Assembly: GCA_044376115.1 (NCBI GenBank)
Contig: JBILLK010000001.1
Span: 320,001-384,000 of the forward strand
Reading direction: 5' to 3'
From: Polyangiaceae bacterium
Lineage (GTDB): Bacteria; Myxococcota_A; Polyangia; Polyangiales; Polyangiaceae
DNA: 64,000 bases
A model generated the notes under the pieces. It searched no databases. It saw only the letters and a list, made by a program, of their open reading frames with translations, and was not told the origin of the DNA. Made by a program: the position numbers and the translations under genes. Below, piece after piece: positions 19,514 to 27,826 of the stretch (position 1 is its first letter; every line of letters starts with the position of its first letter).

Positions 19514-20029
19514 ATGGCCAACCTGGTTGAGGAAGCGTCGCGGCTTTGTCGTGAGTGCCAGGCCTGCTGCGACGGCACCATGTTTTCGATGGTGGAGGTG
19601 GACGCCGATGAGCTCTCTTCGCACTCGCGCCGACGTCTCAATATTGTCGACGGGCCGACGCAAATCACCCAGCCGTGCAGACATTTGGATTCCTCAGGCT
19701 GTAGTGCGTATCAAGACAGACCGGCTAGGTGCAGGTCCTACGCGTGCAAACAGCAACGCGACCACCTTGAAAACGGGGGGGACCTCGAGGCTCGGCTGAA
19801 GAAAGTTCGCGCAATTCGATCCGTCGCGGCACGACTTCGTGCGTTTGGTGGCAGTCATTGGGAATTGCAGCTGCAAGACCCTCGGTCGTTGCCAAGCGAG
19901 GTATCGCTCGACTTGGTGGAGCTAGCGGTGCGCTTGCAGCGTGACCTCGGCTGGCGCCCTCATCCCAAGGAAGAGCCTGCCGCGCCGATGCGGCCGGAGC
20001 CTTCGGCTGACGACCCCAGCGAGCCGTGA
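19514..20029 (+). CDS. YkgJ-family cysteine-cluster protein (CxxCxxCC, Zn/Fe-chelating)
   Basis: LCRECQACCDG...PCRHLDSSGCSAYQDRPARCRSYAC. Confidence 0.85.
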   Translation: MANLVEEASRLCRECQACCDGTMFSMVEVDADELSSHSRRRLNIVDGPTQITQPCRHLDSSGCSAYQDRPARCRSYACKQQRDHLENGGDLEARLKKVRAIRSVAARLRAFGGSHWELQLQDPRSLPSEVSLDLVELAVRLQRDLGWRPHPKEEPAAPMRPEPSADDPSEP

Positions 20030-21027
20030 TACGGAAGCACGTGACCAATCCGAGCGGGCGTCGAGACCCGGTTCGTTGCGCAGTGGTCGGCATTGGCCGC
20101 TGGGGCGCCCACTACCTCAAGGTTCTTGCAGAAACGCCGGGGGCCGAGCTCACAGCACTCTGTGACACGAGCGAGCGAGCTCGCTCGTTGGGGGTATCGA
20201 CGGTGCCCGGCGCCGTGTCCGTTGCGCGGCTCGCCGACCTTGACCCTGAGCATTTGGACGCAGTCGTGATCGCGACCCCCACGGAGAGCCACGCGGAGCT
20301 CGCTTGTGAAGCATTTTCCAAGGGTTTTCACGTTCTCGTAGAAAAGCCGCTCGCCGTCACCGCAGCCGACGCCTCACGTGTCGTAGGCGCTGCGAGACGG
20401 GCTGGAAAGCTGATCGCGACTGGCTATCAAATGGTGCATCACGCCGGCCATCGGGCCCTCGTGAACGCCGCGCTGGCACTCGGCCCCGTCCAACATCTTC
20501 GAACCACCCGGTCGAGCGTCAGTCGAGAACGTCAGGACCCGCTGCTTCACGCGCTCGCTCCACACGATCTCGCGACCTTCGCTCTGCTTGCACGCCAGCA
20601 GAATGGCGAGGCGACGCCGCAATGCGAGGGAACCACGGGAGACGGCTACGGTGAACTTACGGCACACTTGCGCAGCCTCGGACCCCGTGAATTCACTGCT
20701 GAGCTGCGGTGGTCACGCGGTAAGCCGCTGCGCCGCACCGAGATTTTTTTCAATGAGGGCAGCGTCTGCTTCGACGAAGCGTCCGGCGAGGTCACCGAGA
20801 ACGGGCTCAATCCACGCTCATTCGCCGGGGCTCCGCTCAATTTGCAGTGCACCGAGTTCATCCAAACCATTGAGTGTTTGCGCCGAGATCCGAAAACCCA
20901 AGCACTCGAGAACCTCGGGCTCGTAACGGCCGCCGACGCAGTCGTGGTCTCGCGGCTAATCGAGCAGCTGGGAGCTTCGGTTCGAACGCTCGCGAACACG
21001 TCGACGCGGGCTGCGCTCAGCCTTTGA
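20026..21027 (+). CDS. Gfo/Idh/MocA NAD-dependent oxidoreductase (possible nucleotide-sugar C3 dehydrogenase)
   Basis: AVVGIGRWG, DAVVIATPTESH, HVLVEKPLA, LAPHDL. Confidence 0.85.
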   Translation: MIRKHVTNPSGRRDPVRCAVVGIGRWGAHYLKVLAETPGAELTALCDTSERARSLGVSTVPGAVSVARLADLDPEHLDAVVIATPTESHAELACEAFSKGFHVLVEKPLAVTAADASRVVGAARRAGKLIATGYQMVHHAGHRALVNAALALGPVQHLRTTRSSVSRERQDPLLHALAPHDLATFALLARQQNGEATPQCEGTTGDGYGELTAHLRSLGPREFTAELRWSRGKPLRRTEIFFNEGSVCFDEASGEVTENGLNPRSFAGAPLNLQCTEFIQTIECLRRDPKTQALENLGLVTAADAVVVSRLIEQLGASVRTLANTSTRAALSL

Positions 21028-21132
21028 ACCTTCCGGAGCGGGCCGGCATCGAAGCAGGAGTCAAACGCCACTAGAATCCCACGGATGGCCGCACTAAACG
21101 GCTCAGACTAGGTCTCGCCGAGAATTGAAGCT

Positions 21133-23430
21133 GTGATCCCCACTCCCAAAAGCAAAGCGGCTACGCCCAACGAGGCAACGGGTGACCGTGAGCCGCTCGT
21201 CGATATCCTCGCGGTTTGGCGGCCAATTCGGAAGCATTGGCTCACTGCACTCTCAACAGCGGCGTTAGTGACTGTCGGCGTCGGCTTCTGGACGATGCGC
21301 CAAACCAAGATTTACCAAGCCTCTGCGGTCGTCCAATTTGACCCTAACCCACCTCGTCCGCTCGGCGGCAAAGTGGAGAGCGTCGTTGAAATTGGTTCGG
21401 GGGCCATGTGGGACACACGCGAGTACTACGAGACCCAGTACCAAATCATCCAGTCGAGGCGAGTATCGCTCGCGGTCGTTCGGCAGCTCAACCTCAACTC
21501 AGACTGGGCGTTCATCAACAACTTACCCAAGGGTGTTCAGGCGCCTGATCGCGAGCCTCTCGCTGAGGAAGACGCCGCGGATGTGCTCCGCGGCCGTATC
21601 AGCGTCGAGCCCATCAAACAGTCTCGTCTCGCTACGGTGAAGTTTCAGGACGCCAACCCAGAGCGCGCCGCGGAGCTGCTCAAACAGGTCGTTCGCACCT
21701 ACAAAGAGCAGAACGTCGATATCGCGCTCGAGTCGATGGACGAGGCAGCGCGTTTTCTGCGCACCGAACACGACAAGCTCAAGAAAGAGCTCGAATCGAG
21801 CGAGATGGATCTCCATAACTACAAGGAGAAAAACAACATCCTCTCGGTTGAGTTCGAGGACAAGTCGAGCCTCTACCGCGATCAGATCACCCAGCTGTCC
21901 AACACGCTCACATCGGTGCGAACCAAACGGGAGCAGGTGGCTGCGCGACGTGCGCAGCTCGCTAAAGTCAGCGGTGAAGATCCTGCGGTGCTTCCGGCAG
22001 GCGAGCTTTTGCAGTCGGTCTTCCTTCAAGGGCTACGCACCCAGTACGTCCAAGCTACCCAAGACCGTGACGCCCTACTCAACAGCGGAATGGGCAAGAA
22101 CCACCCGGACGTGATCGCCGCAACTACGCGGATGGAGACGTCGCGGGCAGCCCTGCTCGGCGAGGTAAGGAACATCCAAGGCGCGCTCGACAGTGAGTTA
22201 GCCGCCATTCAGCGTGAAGAGGGCGGCGTCGCTGGCCTCTTCGAGCAGTCGAAGAAGGAAGCGCTCGATCTGAATTTGCTGGAGATCGAGTACAACCGCC
22301 TGAAGCGCTCGAAGGAGAACACCGAGAAGCTCTACGGCGTGCTGCTCGAGCGCTCCACCGAGAGCGCTCTTACCAGCCAAATGCGGATGAACAACGTCTC
22401 CATCGTGGATGAGCCGATGGTACCCGGCGGTCCCATTCGACCCAACCTTCCGCTCAACGTGACCGGTGGTGCAGCCATGGGGCTCGTGATCGGTGCCGCA
22501 GCCGCCATGGCTCGGTCGATGTTAGACCGAACGATGAAGTCGCCTGAGGACGTCGAGCACGTGCTTGGCGCAACCTTCCTTGGCCTCCTCCCCGAGTTCG
22601 ACCCGGCCGCAGCAGGTCCCGGCAAAAGTCGCCGGCGCAGGGGGGCCTTGCGACACCCTGAGCTCGTCGTTCACGAGGAGCCAATGAGCGGCGTCGCGGA
22701 AGCGTCACGCTCCATTCGCACGAGTCTCATGTTCATGGCGCCCGACAAGCCGATGAGAACGCTGCTCATCACCAGCGCTGGTCCGTCTGAGGGGAAGACC
22801 ACCGTGGCCTGCTGCATCGCTACAGCGATGGCTCAGGCCGGCAAGAAGGTCGTGCTGATTGACTGCGACCTCCGCCGACCGCGTGTTCACCGCATCTTTC
22901 GCGGCCGCGGGCATGACGTTGGGCCAGGCCTCACCTCGGCCTTGCTCGATGAGCCGCTGGATAATTGCGTCATTACCTCCGAGGTTCCGAACCTTTGGGT
23001 GATCCCAGCTGGACCGATCCCGCCAAACCCTTCGGAGCTGTTGCAAAGTGAACGCTTCAAGACGGTATTGGCTCAGCTGCAACAACGCTACGACCACGTA
23101 ATCCTTGATAGTCCCCCAGTTGTTGCCGTCACTGACGCAGTCATCCTTTCAACGATGGTGGACACGACTGTGCTGGTAATCCGCGCGCTGAAGACGACGA
23201 AGGAGATCGGCAAGCACGCGACGCGAATGTTGCGTGACGTCGGTGCGAACCTCGCCGGGGTCGTGCTCAATGCGGTCAACGTGAACCGGGACGAGTACGA
23301 CTACTGGTATAAGTACTATCGTCGTGACGGCGGCTATTCATCCAATACCCAAACCGTCACCCCGATGAATGAACCATCATCGCCACAAGACGACGGCGGG
23401 CACGGCAGACCACCTGCCCCAATGGCGTAG
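21133..23430 (+). CDS. wzc: Polysaccharide co-polymerase / tyrosine autokinase (Wzc, PCP-2a)
   Basis: Two TM helices around a coiled-coil periplasmic domain (ETQYQIIQS, NHPDV); Walker A SAGPSEGKTT; LIDCDLRRP; ILDSPPV; Tyr cluster EYDYWYKYY. Confidence 0.93.
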   Translation: MIPTPKSKAATPNEATGDREPLVDILAVWRPIRKHWLTALSTAALVTVGVGFWTMRQTKIYQASAVVQFDPNPPRPLGGKVESVVEIGSGAMWDTREYYETQYQIIQSRRVSLAVVRQLNLNSDWAFINNLPKGVQAPDREPLAEEDAADVLRGRISVEPIKQSRLATVKFQDANPERAAELLKQVVRTYKEQNVDIALESMDEAARFLRTEHDKLKKELESSEMDLHNYKEKNNILSVEFEDKSSLYRDQITQLSNTLTSVRTKREQVAARRAQLAKVSGEDPAVLPAGELLQSVFLQGLRTQYVQATQDRDALLNSGMGKNHPDVIAATTRMETSRAALLGEVRNIQGALDSELAAIQREEGGVAGLFEQSKKEALDLNLLEIEYNRLKRSKENTEKLYGVLLERSTESALTSQMRMNNVSIVDEPMVPGGPIRPNLPLNVTGGAAMGLVIGAAAAMARSMLDRTMKSPEDVEHVLGATFLGLLPEFDPAAAGPGKSRRRRGALRHPELVVHEEPMSGVAEASRSIRTSLMFMAPDKPMRTLLITSAGPSEGKTTVACCIATAMAQAGKKVVLIDCDLRRPRVHRIFRGRGHDVGPGLTSALLDEPLDNCVITSEVPNLWVIPAGPIPPNPSELLQSERFKTVLAQLQQRYDHVILDSPPVVAVTDAVILSTMVDTTVLVIRALKTTKEIGKHATRMLRDVGANLAGVVLNAVNVNRDEYDYWYKYYRRDGGYSSNTQTVTPMNEPSSPQDDGGHGRPPAPMA

Positions 23431-23503
23431 CAGACCCCTAGGCGATAGCGGCAGCCAGTTTGCTCCAGGCTGATTGTCTTTCAGGCAGACTTTGCGCAAC
23501 GTC

Positions 23504-26149
23504 TTAGCGCTTGCCCGGATGCTTCTGGTTCAGGCGCGAGAGACGCTCAGCATTGGCTTGCTCTTTGGCGTCCTTCTTGTTGGCTGCTTCACCGAGCGCC
23601 TGGGCCACTACCGCGGGTAGGCCGGCCTGATCGGCTGCGTCGGCAAGGTCCAACCAGCGCGTCGCCGTTGGATCTTGGCGTGCCGCTCGCTCATACCAGG
23701 TTACGGCCTGCTGCCGATTACCGACGGATACGTGCATGGCGGCGACCCAACGGTTCGCTTCGGCGCAACCCAAGCGCTGCGCACAAGCCGTTGAGACAGC
23801 CTTCTCCAGAACATTGTTGAGTTCATCCGAGGCCCCTTCGGAAGCGAGTGTTTGGGCCAAGAGTTGCAAACATGGCAGCCTCTCTTCCGGTAGCTCGCAG
23901 CTGCTGCGCAAGATGCTCAGCGCGCTATCTTTGCGGCCTTCACTCAACTCGACTCTCGCTCGAATTCTCCCAGGTAAGGTTTGGTTGGGGAACTTTGCGG
24001 CAATGATGAGCGCGTCGGATTCCACCTTGCTCAGACACTCAGCTCGCTCAGTTGCACAGGGTGCCTTCTTGGCCTCGAGCGCGAGCAGCAGATCCTCCGC
24101 CAGCCGCCGACGCGGCGAGAGCTGGTTTGGATCACGGACCAGCGCCTCGCGATCCAAAGCCTGACGCAGCTCGAGTTTTGCTGCAGCGCCGAAGCTCAAT
24201 GCAATTACTTCAAGCGGAAAGGCGCCGGCTTCACCTTGCGGAACCACAGCCAAGACCGCCTCAGGCGTGGAGGCATATTGCACTACGAGCGGAGCAGCAG
24301 TCGCAGCCAGGTTAGGCTCGTACTCGAGTGCAAGCCGGACCTCCATGAGCCCCTGGTTGGTGAGGCGACGGGCTAGCAGGTACTCACCAAGCAGCAGATG
24401 CGTGCGCCCCACCGTCGGTCCACGCTCGAGGGCTCGTTGCACCCATACAATGGGGTTTTCGCCCAACTGCCGAGCGGTGTAAGCACCCGCCAGCGGGAAG
24501 TAGTAGTCCGCTGGATAGCGCACCATCATCGTTCCTAGGCGCTCTCTCAAGACGGTAGCCTGCGCACTGTCTCTCGAACTGCTGATGGCCAGCAGCTCCT
24601 GTTGCACGCTAGCCCGGTCCTGCTCGAGAGTCGTGGGACCCCGCCAAAGCAAGAGGCAACCGACGACCACAGCACCGCCCAGCACGGCTCGCATCGTCCA
24701 GATTGACGCAGCGGAGCTTGGGCCCTCGCGACGCGCAGCCGCAGACCAAACGCAACCGAGCGTGGCCGCCACAGCCGTACTGACGCCGGCGAGCTCCAAA
24801 CCTAGATCGACAAGGTTTTGCAACAGAAGCACGCCCACACCAAAGAGGGCTCCGAGCAGTACAGCACTACGCGAGATGTTTTGTCGCGCACTCCAAAAGG
24901 CCCATAGCAAGACCAGCACAGCGAGAGCCGGAACGACAAGGCCCCACTCGGTGACCCATTGAACAACGACGTTCTCCGGATGAGTGTAGGCGATATTGCT
25001 CGGCGTTTGCGGTCGATAGGCGAAGAACACACTAGCGAACGCGCCACGCCCGATTCCAAATAACGGGTGATCTTTGATTACCGGGATACTCCACACGGGC
25101 AACTGAAGCTTGGCCACATTCTCACTCAGCAGAGATGGCCAGAAGTCCTTGTCTGCGCCCAACAACGCAAACCCTGCTCCGACGAACAACGCAGCAGTCG
25201 TCGCATAGCTAATGATCTTGGCCGAGGCCAATTTGGCTTTACGAGCAAAGGTCGCCCACATGCCGAAGGCGATAAGGCCCACGACCAACGAGGCGACCCC
25301 GCCACGGGAAGCTGTCCTGAGCGAGACGGCCAAAAGAATGATCAAGCCAGTCCCAAGCAACCAGCGTGAGGTCGGTGGCCGCTTCGACAGCGCAAGCCCC
25401 GAGCCGATCAGAATATTTAGGTTGAGATAGCCAGCTAGATTGTTGGGGTTGATGAGCGGGCCTGCGTCGCCCGGTTCGACGGGGTGCAGCGGCTCGTAAA
25501 CTCCAAATACGTGGACTGCCGAGAGCAGCGCATGGCCCATTGAGACGAGAGCCACGAGCACTCCGGTGCTGAACACTGCGAGCAGTGGTGCCGGAGCCCC
25601 GTAACGCCGCGCCATTCGCAACGAGAGCAAAAAGGTCCCTGCGTAGGACGCCCACTTGAAGGCCTCAAACAAGGTCGCATCAGGCGCAAGCGACAAGCTG
25701 GCTACGTCACTTACCCTGTCGAGCGGCAACAAGCATCGCTCCCAGACATCTGCAGCTGCCGGCGACAGCACCTTCACCCATGCGAGCGGCAACGGCAACG
25801 CTTGCACGACGCAATACAGCGCCAAGGCGGCGAGTACGAGCGCCGGAGTCAGCCGGCTCGCTCGGATTTGTGCGGGGCGTACGGTGTCGAATAGGCCGCC
25901 AGCAAGCGCGAGCGCCCCGACTGGCAGGAACAGCCGCGGAGTGATGCCGCCGACCAACAATACGCTTAGGCCGAGCACCCCAACCAAGAGGACAAATAGT
26001 CCTCGCTCAAGGCGCTCTTCCCCCACAGTCAGCTTATTTGATGAAGCCAAGGTACTCCGCAGAAAAGGTAGACGCTTCGTTGCGCGCAGGGGTCGAATAT
26101 TCGAGCGTTCTTTTCTTGGAGTTTGCGATGGGCTCGAGGTGCCGAGCAC
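23504..26149 (-). CDS. O-antigen ligase / O-oligosaccharyltransferase family protein with C-terminal TPR-like region
   Basis: About 13 TM helices; INPNNLAGYL, TASRGG, DHPLFGIGRGAF, YTHPENVVVQWVTEWG (Wzy_C). True start may be GTG 26026. Confidence 0.82.
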   Translation of the reverse strand: MLGTSSPSQTPRKERSNIRPLRATKRLPFLRSTLASSNKLTVGEERLERGLFVLLVGVLGLSVLLVGGITPRLFLPVGALALAGGLFDTVRPAQIRASRLTPALVLAALALYCVVQALPLPLAWVKVLSPAAADVWERCLLPLDRVSDVASLSLAPDATLFEAFKWASYAGTFLLSLRMARRYGAPAPLLAVFSTGVLVALVSMGHALLSAVHVFGVYEPLHPVEPGDAGPLINPNNLAGYLNLNILIGSGLALSKRPPTSRWLLGTGLIILLAVSLRTASRGGVASLVVGLIAFGMWATFARKAKLASAKIISYATTAALFVGAGFALLGADKDFWPSLLSENVAKLQLPVWSIPVIKDHPLFGIGRGAFASVFFAYRPQTPSNIAYTHPENVVVQWVTEWGLVVPALAVLVLLWAFWSARQNISRSAVLLGALFGVGVLLLQNLVDLGLELAGVSTAVAATLGCVWSAAARREGPSSAASIWTMRAVLGGAVVVGCLLLWRGPTTLEQDRASVQQELLAISSSRDSAQATVLRERLGTMMVRYPADYYFPLAGAYTARQLGENPIVWVQRALERGPTVGRTHLLLGEYLLARRLTNQGLMEVRLALEYEPNLAATAAPLVVQYASTPEAVLAVVPQGEAGAFPLEVIALSFGAAAKLELRQALDREALVRDPNQLSPRRRLAEDLLLALEAKKAPCATERAECLSKVESDALIIAAKFPNQTLPGRIRARVELSEGRKDSALSILRSSCELPEERLPCLQLLAQTLASEGASDELNNVLEKAVSTACAQRLGCAEANRWVAAMHVSVGNRQQAVTWYERAARQDPTATRWLDLADAADQAGLPAVVAQALGEAANKKDAKEQANAERLSRLNQKHPGKR

Positions 26150-26174
26150 GCAGTGACCGTGGTACAGATCCGGC

Positions 26175-26891
26175 GTGAGCTGGCAGCAACGCTATTTGAA
26201 TCGCTATTACGACAAGAGCCAGGGTTGGGTTGACGGCACCACCGAATTTCATGAGCTGTGTCGCAGCGCGATCACTCCAAACGGGAAGATCCTCGAGATC
26301 GGCGCTGGACCAACCAATAGGACGTCCCAGTTTCTTGCCACTTTGGGGGAAACACACGGCGTCGACATCGACCCCGACGTGCACAACAACACTGCACTCG
26401 CACAGGCTCATACCATTAGTGGGGACCACTATCCCTACGCCGATGCCACCTTTGATGCCTGCATATCCAACTATGTAGCCGAGCACGTCGAAGATCCCCA
26501 AGCACACCTCAAGGAGGTCGCCAGGGTGCTCAAGCCCGGTGGAGCCTACCTGCTACGCACGCCAAACCTTTACCACTACGTCTCGCTCATTTCCTGGGTT
26601 ACCCCCCATTGGTTCCATACCGCTGTGGCGAATCGGCTTCGTAACCAACGAGGTCACCATGACCCGTACCCCACGGTCTATGCCATGAATACCAAGCAGG
26701 TGCTCACTGGGTTAGCGCACGAGGCGGGCTTCGCAGTGGAGCGGCTATCATTGGTGGAGAAAGAGCCCTCCTATGGCCTTTACGCCCGACCACTCTTCTT
26801 CGTCTTCATGGCCTATGAGCGGCTCGTCAACTCTTCCGAGACGATGGCGGCGCTACGCTCCAACCTATTTGTCGTCTTGCGTAAACACTGA
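26175..26891 (+). CDS. Class I SAM-dependent methyltransferase
   Basis: ILEIGAG, GVDID, YPYADATFD, VAEHVEDP, VARVLKPGG. Confidence 0.9.
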   Translation: MSWQQRYLNRYYDKSQGWVDGTTEFHELCRSAITPNGKILEIGAGPTNRTSQFLATLGETHGVDIDPDVHNNTALAQAHTISGDHYPYADATFDACISNYVAEHVEDPQAHLKEVARVLKPGGAYLLRTPNLYHYVSLISWVTPHWFHTAVANRLRNQRGHHDPYPTVYAMNTKQVLTGLAHEAGFAVERLSLVEKEPSYGLYARPLFFVFMAYERLVNSSETMAALRSNLFVVLRKH

Positions 26892-26902
26892 ACCCAGCTC
26901 AC

Positions 26903-27826
26903 ATGGCTGCGCGTCAGATACCCCTCGAGCTGCTTGGCTGGGCTCGCAACCCATACAACGAGGCCCAGCGCCACGCCGACCAAGCGCTGTACTTAGCAAG
27001 AGCTCATTTGGTTGAACAGCTCGACCAGAGCATCGGTATGGAACTCCCCGTGTTGCTGGTCAAGGGCGCTGCCTTGGCGCTTTCGACCTATGTGACCCCG
27101 TGGGAACGACCGATGTCGGACGTGGACCTCCTCGTTGACAGCTCACGCTTCGGGGCTCTCGTGCGGATCTTGACGCGACACGGCTATCAGGAAGTTCAAC
27201 CCAAGGTTCGCGAACACTCCCGCAGCTTGCTTGAGACCGTGCTGCTTCCTCCAGCACCAATGCCCAGCATTCCGGTGGAGATCCACGCGAGCTTGGACAA
27301 GGTTGCTCCGCGGCGGTGGCCATTCTACCGGCTTTGGGAGCGCGGAGAGCCAGTCAGCAGCGGCTTACTGCGTATTCCGGACCTGGAGGATCATGTGCTG
27401 CTCGTTGCCATTCACTTGGCGAGTGACGAATTCGCGCACCCCTGGGGTCTGGTTGATTTGGAGGCTTTGATCCGCAAAGGGGCTGATCTCAAAGTGGTCG
27501 AAGAGCGAGCACGAGCATGCGGTGCGACTACGGCCCTCCGACTTGGACTGACGGTGCTGAGGCACCACGTACCCGCCATACTGAGCGAAAGCGACCTTCC
27601 ACAAGCCGTCGCCTCGGTGGCTCGTGCACGACTCCTCGATATGCTCTTCAACCCTTCGACCTGGCCTGTCTCAAAAACGAAGCCCAGCCTAGGCTGGGCT
27701 TGGATTGCAAAGCAGGCCGCCCTGCGCGACGACCCGCTTCACTTCTTTGAGGGGCTGGGTGCCTACGCGTTAGCTCGAGTTCTTGACCGCTCCCCGTCGG
27801 GACGTCCTAGCTCGCGTCAGGACTAG
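26903..27826 (+). CDS. Nucleotidyltransferase of the NTP_transf_5 type (family found in kinase-containing lasso clusters)
   Basis: LLVKGAALA..Y...WERPMSDVDLLV, VEIHASL, EDHVLLVAIH, LVDL. Confidence 0.87.
   Translation: MAARQIPLELLGWARNPYNEAQRHADQALYLARAHLVEQLDQSIGMELPVLLVKGAALALSTYVTPWERPMSDVDLLVDSSRFGALVRILTRHGYQEVQPKVREHSRSLLETVLLPPAPMPSIPVEIHASLDKVAPRRWPFYRLWERGEPVSSGLLRIPDLEDHVLLVAIHLASDEFAHPWGLVDLEALIRKGADLKVVEERARACGATTALRLGLTVLRHHVPAILSESDLPQAVASVARARLLDMLFNPSTWPVSKTKPSLGWAWIAKQAALRDDPLHFFEGLGAYALARVLDRSPSGRPSSRQD

Noticed and set aside
23437..23450. ops/JUMPStart-like GGCGATAGCG
   Set aside because: Mismatches the GGCGGTAG core and lies between convergent gene ends rather than in a leader.
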